Origin: Schizochytrium sp. TIO01
Taxonomy: Eukaryota > Protista > Bigyra: Labyrinthulomycetes
Assembly (NCBI GenBank): GCA_004764695.1
Contig: SMSO01000031.1
Location: forward strand, 9,654,761 to 9,718,760
DNA length: 64,000 bases
Direction: 5' to 3'
Part shown: positions 11,201-20,245 of the stretch, in pieces
Layout of the letters: every line of letters begins with the position of its first letter
How positions within the stretch are numbered: position 1 is the stretch's first letter
The notes under the pieces: generated by a model
The model's database searches: none
Told to the model about the DNA's origin: nothing
The model's input: only the letters and a program-made list of their open reading frames with translations
Program-made: the position numbers and the translations under genes

Positions 11201-13010
11201 CAGAGGCAGGATCATTCGGGCCAAAAGAAGATCGAACTTGGCCAATGAGCATCTTAGGTGGCTCAGGTATTGCGTTGAGATTTCCAGGTCCTGCATTCTT
11301 CATTGCCTCATGAACATCGCTTGTAGGTTCGTTGACAACTTTCTCGAAGGGAAGCTCATTTGGCCTTCCTGTCACGGTAGTGGGAAGTTTTTGTGTACAG
11401 CTAGAACTCATGTCTCCCTTCTGCTCCACATTTTGAAGAATGCTCCGAGTAGTAATGGTAGGTGTATCTGAAGAGTCAATTGAAGAAGAAGGCGATTCTT
11501 GACCCTCTGCCATAAAGTTGTTCGTGTCAGAAAGGCTTTTTGATGAGTAAGTACTTACAAAATGGTAGTTTGGAGGTGCAGGAACATTGAGTGGATCTGT
11601 GAGATGAAAGAAAATAACTGAGACCTTGCGGAGTTCATCGACATTGGCAGGACGGTCTTCCACCATCTTCATGACAGGTCGTGGAATATATGCGGATGCG
11701 AGGCTCAGAATCCGATTTTCCATGGGCATAATGCTTTCTGCAGCAAGATCAATTTTGTCAGGGAACTTGTAGTTGCCATGAAGTAATTTTACCATGCGAA
11801 CTTGGTAAAAATCATCGTGCTGAGGCTGAGCAAAGCAGTCGATCTCAATGGGAGTAGGGCGGATGAGACGCAGGACATTGAGCTGTTGCATCATGGTTGT
11901 GGAAATGACGACCTGGTCTCTTGCAGAGGCCTCCTGTGCAGCTGCAGCCTGCGTATTTGCGTCTCCTGCTATAAAAAACTCCCAACGATTCAGCTCGCCA
12001 CCGACATGACCAAGGATCAACTGACCACAGCCGATACCTGTATGAAGATGTAGTTCTGATTTGGAGTCTGATGTTAATGCCGTACATTTGAGTGCGGTGT
12101 GGCATGCCACCGCGGCCATGCTGCCCAGTTCCATGGGCGAGCTTCTCCAAATAGCAATAAGAGCATCGCCAGCAAATTTAATAATGTCACCTCCACTCAT
12201 GAGAATATAGTTGACGAGGCCGCTCAATGTGTGATTAAGAATCTCTGCTAGTCGTTCGGACGAAGGTGCTAAAGGGTTGAGATTCGATGCTGAGGAGCCA
12301 ACCGGGAATGATCCTGGGAATCGTGCAAGTCCTGCGGACATGAGCTGGTCCTGTGTTTGTGTTTCACGCTGTTCCTCAATTTTCAATTCATTTGCGAGGC
12401 TAGAAAAACCTGAGATATCATAAAATGCTACCACTCCGGAGACCTCCTCCAAGTTGGCTTCATTTCTCTCGAGATCCACCTCCGTTTCGAAGCGCTCTAC
12501 CACTACTCTAGGCACAAAGCGGCGTACTACAACTGACTTGTTGACATCCATGCATTGTCTCTCGGCACTTGTTTGTCTTGCAAGTGTCAACGTCCTTGAG
12601 CTTGATGAAGGTCCATTACTTCTGTTATTTACAGTACTTGCCGCTCGTGCGAGAGAAGATGATGACGACGATGATGATGACGAAGAAGATGATGATGTTG
12701 TTGTGGAACCCGAGTTCAATTTAGGATCCTGGCTCTCGACATTCACTTGTGTTGATGATGTCGAGTTTGAGTTTGTTGCCACTGATATCCCCATCATTCC
12801 ATCCTGCTGATGTCGTTTCTGCTCTTGCAATTGTTTTTGTTGACTTAGTTGACGCTCTAGTTGTTGTTGCCCTAGAGGGCCTGTATGTGTTATTGTAGTC
12901 GTCGTCGTCGTTGGTGGTGGCGGCGGCGGCGGTAGCGCCTGCTCCTCGTCCAGTGTTGTTTGCTGCTGCGCGGCCTTATGTTTAGAGGAGCGCTGCCGCT
13001 TCACGCCCAT
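5226..13010 (-). CDS. Soluble adenylyl cyclase (ADCY10/sAC)-like protein: tandem class III cyclase domains plus STAND P-loop ATPase
   Basis: C1: FYDISGFS, GDIIKFAGDALIAIW, LHTGIGCG. C2: QFIIDDKGCVAIVVMGLPP, EYSVTGECINLAARLM. Walker A LLEGPPSAGKS, Walker B VLVIIDDAQ, STAND GxP motif STKGNPGYL. Single intronless ORF of ~2,590 aa from ATG 13010. Confidence 0.9.
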   Translation of the reverse strand: MGVKRQRSSKHKAAQQQTTLDEEQALPPPPPPPTTTTTTITHTGPLGQQQLERQLSQQKQLQEQKRHQQDGMMGISVATNSNSTSSTQVNVESQDPKLNSGSTTTSSSSSSSSSSSSSSLARAASTVNNRSNGPSSSSRTLTLARQTSAERQCMDVNKSVVVRRFVPRVVVERFETEVDLERNEANLEEVSGVVAFYDISGFSSLANELKIEEQRETQTQDQLMSAGLARFPGSFPVGSSASNLNPLAPSSERLAEILNHTLSGLVNYILMSGGDIIKFAGDALIAIWRSSPMELGSMAAVACHTALKCTALTSDSKSELHLHTGIGCGQLILGHVGGELNRWEFFIAGDANTQAAAAQEASARDQVVISTTMMQQLNVLRLIRPTPIEIDCFAQPQHDDFYQVRMVKLLHGNYKFPDKIDLAAESIMPMENRILSLASAYIPRPVMKMVEDRPANVDELRKVSVIFFHLTDPLNVPAPPNYHFVSTYSSKSLSDTNNFMAEGQESPSSSIDSSDTPTITTRSILQNVEQKGDMSSSCTQKLPTTVTGRPNELPFEKVVNEPTSDVHEAMKNAGPGNLNAIPEPPKMLIGQVRSSFGPNDPASGTPRYKLRPQLSVDTSSPEDDDLEAATRKSALDAFLDSIQERVKAVQKAAYSQWGTLRQFIIDDKGCVAIVVMGLPPHYFENNAARAVKVAANLIHTQGIHATAGICSGTVFCGAIGSEYRAEYSVTGECINLAARLMGKARPNSALCDAQTYKEARSNHNFSFTKVSHQLKGYTQNVVAYCPDLAVIAEKKTLNQGNLETHTHMLPNQGNVYSGQGWATIGQERTKADLCRVAFLDRLRPCKAILLEGPPSAGKSHLLQWVNSVSDSKSVDIFYNVAEVSESKTPFSVWKAIVQEMLKFKPKDKTSIDKTNPSGGGKETLLQSRTSTLGSALNAIAPSEAASLVNYDYDPQTIDHTLASAYQDSPVTTPSQIPLNEAGRTASLPMLKRTGMRGLFNSSQGIPDEMLGAPEGGEHGATKRGHNKGSRSTASMDLTGMNYGIPSPSPSSRRSNGEQRRRLSSKSRSAPRPRFGSRSRSFHIVEDDRTPLSQMQPVATDSYNYTSSETSTFRSPRASSLSSPYAGPVQLGSVLQASNTPNGGNGGHQLMHYHSMTLNSSSSTSNNNNNYIHVGTSLSTTNIGTSPAANGFGNNLSHDQPLSPQTAGTSVSGFSPQGTGTLAKLSHTVGQVGQALQRSLSMDVTVRRMRKKSPIPSHAHTMSADAGASPNVDLGSFPEPLPLSPRLGATSLPLSAANSTTMLPPLNTTFVNETQEGYGSMSMVPGGLPSSKSHQVPTLDPYTENPGEEEEEGHEDADYEHDSDNDDAGSMVFVHNVSSTAKENGSSSQHQQPEEDNGYQYYHHHHSRQHESEGHGFDDGRPASPTSTRSASPVEASMMTGAGYHSGSGAGTSMLDFPLSASCNNMEELMQISDHEIDLGDAMYPITSSGRPASMPRLTPRHGGLVPLSSPQDHYRSASGQYTSLQGPSSASVGSRFLRASSNSGEHKLLEGSPMLARLRENGHLRGRRLSSLGLLLPGFVLSASGPGANNGTENGGTGVFNTMLSRKSSQDHPEPSHRSSEDDVSSSLPPPGSSGSRHRVASDSSDTSMLNAFLSRSSMFRKSSPSPTLGQSAGNTPVTPGTPSHLAHRVSDADLDIRNAPRSSELFADSIRGLHTRRASSSMRQADRDDIIEVVLALLDEVGRRGPVLVIIDDAQNLDDASWELLKRAVQHGMDVTTRLQDEMLDVSRAAASSKRVVPGPAVRFIVAYRTMQTNERSNPHWIELRRLCELESERVARNEEMLRPSPKPMHLHDDNLDSEVHDDEDSQDLSRPTTALSNASVRDEMSTHGRPTSVRLMSNGSAIPQFQDHAVSSASSVVGRSMNNTGAIEMLNDFDALSVDAHSIGENDDIDADGKDHEGKLFRPMWCLVTSTEPLSQRDAANFLTANRAVGVGADLLEFLYDSTKGNPGYLLNLFNSLVERGFIRINQLTGVAHVMEGLRNMKSETLLLMSLPAHFVAEVYSRWDNLSTNVLLVLKMASVIGKVVSLELLFDVYTKKNQLMRAAAAPETNSFSHQASRHVLDNIQSNLRREDSIAEIPPQLANSEEYQALANLDLPSPANSSTGAGAIETSLSAPTQGGVSANSSSGNRPHVSRSMTERPSLGRNKSQTRRGSVAAQLLHSSTMGNKNSDSNIEVTLNRRTQSDNGLRRKTSRFLSRHLNRRPSSGVVQEGSPQQQQQQQQQQQQQQQQYQNEDDEGVFRTNTQSSVNSLNSEEREILKEEFLEAIEELKRVGFLTEQSSSPHQDIILFKEDVERNIVYDMMPNKEKRLIHQYILEWYEEDPRRIDVAFPSGFDIGALAYHAMLSEEHVKAFSLFEEGMYDLLFRRKYRGIEMEETLEIFAFSMHDIASSESLERQLHRQTRGVKVEYLKRFFRCRASIAVIRFYVVRRLWPMAKKVAQDTIQSCRFARVALQKKDSKFTKLMRRFRPVGGTKHPRTGTWMQMNIENVSDKAVLKEIVRCGNQIKSIFDRISAMDSKMANMIRNIDNFAIDSM
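6140..6189 (-). repeat. (CAG/CAA)n trinucleotide repeat encoding poly-Gln in the cyclase gene
   Basis: ctgctg/tgttgt run on the + strand; poly-Q in the translation. Confidence 0.9.
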
Positions 13011-13630
13011 GCCGACTGCTCTGCCTCCGCTCCGAGATTGCGCTGATTCGATTCCACTTTCACGCCAACGGAGACAGAGGAAAACAAAGAAGTCTGAGCA
13101 CAATTAGCAAACGTGAACAACTGTGGCCTCTGCCAGAGAGCCTTCTCGGCTGCCGGCTGCTCGCTGAGGCTCCTCGCTCGTGCAGTCCTTGGAGGCTTTC
13201 GCTCTTTGCTCGCCGCTTGTGCGTGAGCAAGTTTTTCTTTAATAAATATTTTTAAAAGTAAGTTTAACCAATTTTCTGTATTTCTTGTTTCCACTTTTAT
13301 CAATGTGCTCACGTGGTTTACATAGGTGTAGTATCTAAATACCAATAGTAGTAGTAGTAGCAGCTATGAGTTTTCAGAAGGTGAATGAGTGCAAAGTGAA
13401 TGAAGTGAGCGAATCAATCGATCAATAGACACAATCAACAGTCAATCAGCCTCAGTCAATCAGCAAAACCAGATACATAAACGAGCAGAGCACGAGCAGC
13501 AGCAGCGATGGTTCAGGAAGAGACAGAATGAGGGAACGGAGAAGTGATAGAAATAAAATGACTATAAAATGAGGGAATGCAGGAATGTGCTGAGGCCTTT
13601 TGGAAACAACAACTTTAAAGAAAACAAACC

Positions 13631-13677
13631 AAGCCAAAGCTAGAAAGCCAAAGTTAGTAAGCCAAAGCTAGAAAACC
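13631..13677 (+). repeat. Short imperfect tandem repeat (AAGCCAAAGCTAG-like, ~3 copies)
   Basis: aagccaaagctaga-aagccaaagttagt-aagccaaagctaga seen directly, upstream of the cyclase gene. Confidence 0.75.
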
Positions 13678-15262
13678 AGCTTTCTAAATGCGTGAAGAGT
13701 CTCTCTCCTCTTTGTGCGTATGAGCCGACTCGGCTACTGATTGCCTGGTTGCCACAGTGCTGGTCCACTTGCGTGAAGGACGAAATTGACAGCCACAGCA
13801 CAATCAATGTCCAAATAATCAATCGTAACACTTTTCAAATTGAATTGAGCGACTGATTCTTTCTGTAATTGATTGATTGAAGAAGTCAATCGACAGCTAA
13901 TAAATTGACTCTTCACCCGCACTCCTCTCTTCCACTCCTTGAAACACCTTTTCCTTTTTCTTTCTTTTTCTTTTTTATAAAGTACATACGTAGGTAATAG
14001 GTGGTAGTAGATAGTTCTCTCTTTTCAAAGAATCAGATGAGACAGGCGAAACTTGGAAACAAAGGAAGAAAAAGGAATTGACAGTCGTAATCAGTCGCTT
14101 GGTGCCCCTTCGTCTGGATGTGTAGCGTCCTCCTCAATATGCACTCACGAGTGTGCGAGTGTTCCGAAGAACCCCGAACAGGAGTGCTTTGCAAGAGTCA
14201 TGCTGCAGGAGTCTTTCAGAAAAAGCCTAAGACTGCTATCAGATACCCTAGCGAGCATGTCTATAAGAGCACACTTATGAGAAACACTATTATTTCTCCT
14301 GATCGTACTTTTTTTTATTTAGAAAAAGAAAAAGGAATAGAAAAACACGCGATGATTATCATCTTTCTCTTTTGATCTGTGACAGACCCACGAAACTGAA
14401 CGGGGACGATCGATTTATAGGGGGGTGCCGCAAGATCAGAGGGGTTTATAATACTGCTTCTGCGAACCTCGCCCCCAGACACCCGCTCCCGACTTGCTTT
14501 CAAAGCAGTGGAGATGAATCTGGCGGCTGCTACCAACCTCTATCCCCTACTTCAAAAGCGAGGAACCGAGCTTTGACCTAATAACCTCTGGAGGTTGTGG
14601 ATGTGCTTTTGCTTTGAAGCGGCGTCAGCTTGAAGGCAAGCCCGCGAGAGAGTCCACGCTTGTTCGGAGTTGCTTTACACGGCACGTTTCCGCGACAGAA
14701 GCTATAGATGGAAACGCCGGATATGAGGCAGAAAAGTCCAAGCAAGGGAAGTATAACGACGCTGTAAATTTCGAATTTGGACACCCAAATTTCGAATTTC
14801 ATCACATTTTCAAATTCCAACCTCCAATACTGAAGACTGAGGCTGAAGAAGATCTCCAAAGGCAAGCGGTCTCCTCCTAAAGACCGGATTCCACGCCAAG
14901 CGCACTGCCTCTGTCAACCCTGGCCGTCCCCCTCGCATAGCTCTGCTCTTGGGTCCGGAGGAGCGAGACCTCGGAGCCCTCTATTCTGTGTCTGCTTTCC
15001 CTTCTTCCTTCCCATTCTCATTCCCCGTCACGATCCTTAATCTTTAAACAGACTAACAGGTGCGTAGGCGCTGCTAAGTCTAGCTAATGTTTCCTTCGAA
15101 TCATTGTGCTTTTGCATCTGTCAATTACTCCTTTCTCTATTTCTTTTCCCTTATTTATGCTAGTCACGGTACTTCTTTTTAAAAATCATTTCATGAAAGA
15201 AAGTGTTCGCAGTGCACTAAGAGTGCCCTACCGGAAAGTGTGCCGATGGACACGTGTGTTGA

Positions 15263-15364
15263 AAATTTGAAATTCGAATAATTTGAAATTTGAATTTGAA
15301 TTTGAATTTGAATTTGAATTTGAATTTGAAATTCGAATTTGAAATTCGAATATTTGAATTTGAG
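15263..15364 (+). repeat. (TTTGAA)n hexamer microsatellite with TTCGAA-containing flanks
   Basis: Seven perfect TTTGAA units at 15289-15330 with degenerate units on both sides. Confidence 0.92.
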
Positions 15365-18300
15365 CTTCGAAGCATCTTTTCAAGAAGCTCTTGCAAAAAC
15401 CTAACGTTGTTCGGCTCCAAGCCCTGCAGAGCTGCTTACTCGGCCTGGCTGAGGGATGCCAGGCGCGGCTTTGCAGGTGCTGGCTCGTGCTCAACTCGAC
15501 GCCACTCGGCCTCGGACCTTTGTTTATTTAGCCTTTGGAGGGCTGCGCAGAAAGCTTTCTCAAGTTCAGGTTGGGTAGAAATGAATCCCACTCCAGTATA
15601 AATTGAGCAGTGTTTTCTTCACTGCGCCAGCTCCGCCTTCTTCCTGCCGCTCCCGACGCGAGGACCCAGCGCGATCCAAAGAGGCGCCAGTCGCAGGCGG
15701 GCTCGCAGACCGTAGGCCTTCCCGCCGCGGGCCTTCTCGCCGGTCCCCACGCCTGAGCGTGAAGACGGCAGCGTCAATCCGGCGGTATCCAGCGATCGAT
15801 GCTCTGCGCTTTTTGACTTAGGAGGTACTATCACCTCCTATTCGGTACTTCTTGAAAATAGGAGTTTTCAAAAAATTGTTTTTGTTTTTTTGATCCATAA
15901 AAGGAGGATCAGGCTTTGGATAAAAGGTGGAGTTCCGTGATCGTCCTTTTCTCTTTTCATTCAACAAGCATGAGAGGCAGTCCGCGCCGGGGAACACAGG
16001 GAACTCATCGCAACGCATTTCTCGAGGGGCCTTCTGCGTGTTTGGGGATTTCAGGATGGGATTGAAGCATGGCCTGCAACGCATTGCCGATTGGAGACGA
16101 TGAGGAGGACTGCGAAATAACGTTAAGGATGATACTGGAGCATGCTTAAAGTAGGTTGCTTGAAAGCTCAGCGGATGCCGCCCGAGCACAGGAGCCACTC
16201 ACTGCCTGGCGGTGGTGTGTACTAGTAGGTGGTAACATACTATAAAGGGAGGCGCGTGCCTCGTCATAATTCAAGTTGGTAGAAACGGAGAAGTACGCCC
16301 AAATGATGGAGCAGCTGATTGGTCCAGAGGAGGCCAGCTTCGCGTTTGTCACGTCTAAACTTGGAAAAGTTGGCATCGGGCATTGCATTCACGACACAAG
16401 GGCCAGTGTAGACAGGCAGGTCCCATACATAGCAGGAATGATATGATTTTCACATACATAAAGAGGTTCAAACGTAAATATATTTGACAAGGAATGCTTC
16501 ACAAAACAATATTGTTGGAGGCCCCTCGCTACATATCACCCTCAAGCCACCTCTAGCCGTGCACCAGCCGCCCAAACTACTATATTTTTGCCCTACCTAG
16601 AAACAAAATTGACTTGGCGAATGACGCTGTTAAGATGCATGTCGTTGCTGGTGTTGCACTTTTTAAAGTGGACACTTGTCAATATAGCGGTGTATGGAAC
16701 TTTGGCGAAGAACTACGACTGACTGCTAATAGCAAGTAATGACGAGATCTAAGTCATGCATAACAAGCTAGCGATGCCACCCTTTTAAAATCAAGAGCTT
16801 TGGGATAGTACACGAACCATGACTATGTTTGTGGCGTTGGTTTGTTGAGTGTTGATTCCCTCTTGCATCATTGAGCTGTTGCGAATGACAACGCGCATGG
16901 ATCTATCTTAATATGGCGCTTGGTATTTTAGTCCATTGTTAAAGCCAATTGTGAGCTTGATAACTCCAAAAAATTATCAAATGCCTCCCCTCAAATGTTT
17001 TATTTTAGCTTTTATTGAGGAGGCCGAAACTATCTTTGCTCAGAATAGCCATTTCGTCCATCAAAAAAAGGATAAGTTCTGTTTAATCCAGAGTCAAAGC
17101 TTCCTTGGTCTGCCCTTCATAGTAGCTATCCTTGCGTCATTTTTTATCTCTCATTTCGAAGACTCAATGGTTACCTGCGTTGTTCAATATATTTAAAATG
17201 CAACAGTCCAACCAAAAAAGTTGATGAAAACTTGAAGAAATTAAAACAACGTGCAAATTTTACTTATTAAAAGGGTCAGCAAATTTCATTTTGCTAAAGG
17301 TTCATGTAAATGAATAATTAAAATCATTTCAGAGAGCTAGGTCAAAAATTTGAATAGCCTATTGCAGAAAATATGGTTAGACATTCAAGTTAACGGCTTT
17401 TGCTCAATGTACACCTGGAGATTTGATGCTCGCATTCAATAAACATGCTGCTAACAAAGATTTGCTTCGATAGGTTGCTTTAGGTTGTAAAAGCTGCGAA
17501 TTTGCTTCTCGCTCCATTTTGCACCGCCTTAAAAGTTGCGGATGGTTACTTATTGCTAAGCATGACAGGTGTATGCAAGAAGATGCTGAACTTTCATTTT
17601 AGAATTGGCTACTGGCTGGTTGTATTTGTTATACTTTATCTCCAGATGGGGGGGAGATGGGGGGGGCAGTTCGAAAGGTTGTTGATGATTTTTTACATCG
17701 TACTTTTTAAGTGGTCGCGATACGTGAACTAGATAATGTAGTGTGTATTTAGTGGCCAATGCCTTTTTCAGTTTTTTAATATTTGCTCGCAAATCAAGTT
17801 TTTTATAATGCAAGCTCCCACCCAAAAGGTTAACGATCTAAAATCAAAACAGAGAGAAGAACGACGCTTCCATTCTACCTTTCCATGGGATCAATCGTCG
17901 TTAATCTTTGTATCCAGATTGCCAGTGCTCTCGAAAATTTAACTTACTAGCACGATCTCAAGGGGCTGTAAAAATAGATTTGCAGAAGGGGTTCTACCCA
18001 AACAAAACAAAAGAGGATAATCAAATATTTCAGGAGGAGTTGTAAATTCTACCAACAAAAAAAGAAATCAGAGTATGCGTCAAATGATGAAATCCACATG
18101 TCACATCATCACTAGTTTGAATGAATCTCCAACACCTCTGAAGGGAAAATCACCCAATACTAACATTGCAGACGGAAGTATAGGGCGAATGGTACCATAG
18201 GGTATCATATATATGTATGTAAATATATAGAAGATGTTGCGAAAGCATTCATACTCGGTCAATGAGCTCCGAAGAAGAAAATTCGTCGAGCTAAAATTAG

Positions 18301-18421
18301 TCTCCATTGATCAAAGCTTCGATGGCAATATGGCTTTGCAAGACCCTTGCGAAAAACTAAATAAGACAACAAATATAAGCAAAGTATGTGTAAAAAAAAG
18401 AACCAGTCCAACACCTGCAAC

Positions 18422-20245
18422 TTATACGGCAGACAGCCTGAGGTTTCCGTCCTCGTGGTGCGGGGTCTTGGATGTCTTGTTCTTGTTTTCACCATTGGTG
18501 TCGTCATTGGCAGTCTCTTCATTATCCTCGTCAAGAGATGATTGTCTTCGGGCCAGGCCTTGTTCCATATCTTCCGTGGCCCGAAGAAACTCATCACGGT
18601 TAGCCTCGGAATAAGAAAGCAAAGTAGTGGACTCTTGTCGGTCAACTTCGTGACGAGGGGGGGCAAAAGCACTTGAGGAGTAGTCTTGATGTGCCAAATG
18701 TGTGTTCGCTGCAGGCCAGGGGTCCTGTTTACGACAACGCAGGACGTCCATAATGGTAAAATTCTTTGGACGACGAAGCGGCTCGCCGCCGAGAGTAGGA
18801 TTCTGATAGTACAATGGATATACAAGCAAGCTTGTGCAAAATCCAATAAAAGCACCAATGAAAACATCGAGAAAGCTATGTTTCATGTCATTAAGGCGGG
18901 TCATGGCTACATACGTAGCCACAACAAACATGACAGAGATGAGTAGGTAGCCATAGCAGAAGGTGCGTTGTTGGACGCCTCGACCGTACACTTGAAGCTT
19001 GCCAGCAAGGTAAAGCCACCAAGTTGTAGCACAGTTAAACAGCACCTGAGTGTGGCCAGACGGCATCGCGCGGTATCCCTCGTGAATAGAGAATTGACTG
19101 TATGAGCCTCCGCCGTAGTATCCTTGGCAGTCGGCCTCAGCTTCTGTGACTGGTCTGTCCCAATACCTACTACACACATTCTGCAACGTGCGCTGACTCA
19201 TATCTTCGCCATTCTGAATAAAGGAGCAGTTGAGCATCTCAGGATAACGATCATCATGCATGCCGCATTGGACAGGGCAGCACTTTTGCGAGCTCAAGTC
19301 GCAAGCGCCTTCGGCATATTTGGATGGGTCCGGGGCACAAGTCCACGTAAAATTTTCCATGCAGGCAGGTGCGCAACGTGCTAAAAAGTCAGGACGAAGC
19401 TCTCCAGTGGCATTGCCAATGATAACCCAAACCACATAGGCAAAGACAATAGGGGCAATGACGACAAGGGCGAAGGAATGCATATCTTCGAACATGTCCC
19501 TGCGCTTAAGCCAAAAGAATATGGCTAGCAACACGCATGGGATAATAACTATGGCTCCGACCATGATCATGGTCACTGTATCTGCATGAAGAGGGTGTTG
19601 GATGTGAATGTCTGCCATGTTAATAGGGTACTCTTGCATCCAATCGATGGGTCCATCTAGAACAATAAGGATGATGGCGCATAACACAATAGCTGCCCAG
19701 TCCATCACATAAGTGTTAGACCACCAGACTGGAATGGGAATGAAATTCCAAAGCTTGAAGGCAATAGTGTTGCCGCTAATATCCTCCACTACTTCCGACG
19801 ATTCATTCCTTGATTTGGTCGTGATGTGAGATGACCTTACGGTGTCTCCGTCCTTACTTAACGGGCTCATCAAGTTGCTCTTCGTTTGTGTCTGGTTGAT
19901 TACTGTTCCAACATTTTGAGGAACATTGCTTGTGGCATTTGATGAATCCTGTGGTGATGCAGCCATTGACGAGGAACGATGAGACAAATTTGGTTTAGGT
20001 GCTGCCGCAGAGGTAGTTTGTATATTTAACGCAGTATGTTGCTGCTCCTTCACCTTCATGTTTGACTCTTGCGGCCCCGGGTTGTCGTCCAAATTCACAT
20101 TAAACTCATTTTGCGTCGTAGACCTGCTCGAGGCCACTGTACTGTCTTCCACATCCACAACACCGTTATCTGATGAGGAAGATTGTCGTCTTGCACTCTG
20201 GTGAGGTTGCCCCTTGGACCCCATATTCGAGGCTGCATCGCCCAT
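18422..20245 (-). CDS. PAP2-family lipid phosphate phosphatase (type 2 phosphatidate phosphatase), ~6 TM
   Basis: C1 ...GELRPDFLARC, C2 PSGH, C3 TRLNDMKHSFLDV (SRxxxxxHxxxD type). Six hydrophobic segments, a Cys-rich loop between C1 and C2, and a long disordered N-terminus. Confidence 0.92.
   Translation of the reverse strand: MGDAASNMGSKGQPHQSARRQSSSSDNGVVDVEDSTVASSRSTTQNEFNVNLDDNPGPQESNMKVKEQQHTALNIQTTSAAAPKPNLSHRSSSMAASPQDSSNATSNVPQNVGTVINQTQTKSNLMSPLSKDGDTVRSSHITTKSRNESSEVVEDISGNTIAFKLWNFIPIPVWWSNTYVMDWAAIVLCAIILIVLDGPIDWMQEYPINMADIHIQHPLHADTVTMIMVGAIVIIPCVLLAIFFWLKRRDMFEDMHSFALVVIAPIVFAYVVWVIIGNATGELRPDFLARCAPACMENFTWTCAPDPSKYAEGACDLSSQKCCPVQCGMHDDRYPEMLNCSFIQNGEDMSQRTLQNVCSRYWDRPVTEAEADCQGYYGGGSYSQFSIHEGYRAMPSGHTQVLFNCATTWWLYLAGKLQVYGRGVQQRTFCYGYLLISVMFVVATYVAMTRLNDMKHSFLDVFIGAFIGFCTSLLVYPLYYQNPTLGGEPLRRPKNFTIMDVLRCRKQDPWPAANTHLAHQDYSSSAFAPPRHEVDRQESTTLLSYSEANRDEFLRATEDMEQGLARRQSSLDEDNEETANDDTNGENKNKTSKTPHHEDGNLRLSAV

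Noticed and set aside
5248-12810. Many short antisense and alternative-frame ORFs inside the cyclase and other long genes
   Set aside because: Expected shadows of long coding sequences, with no independent motifs.
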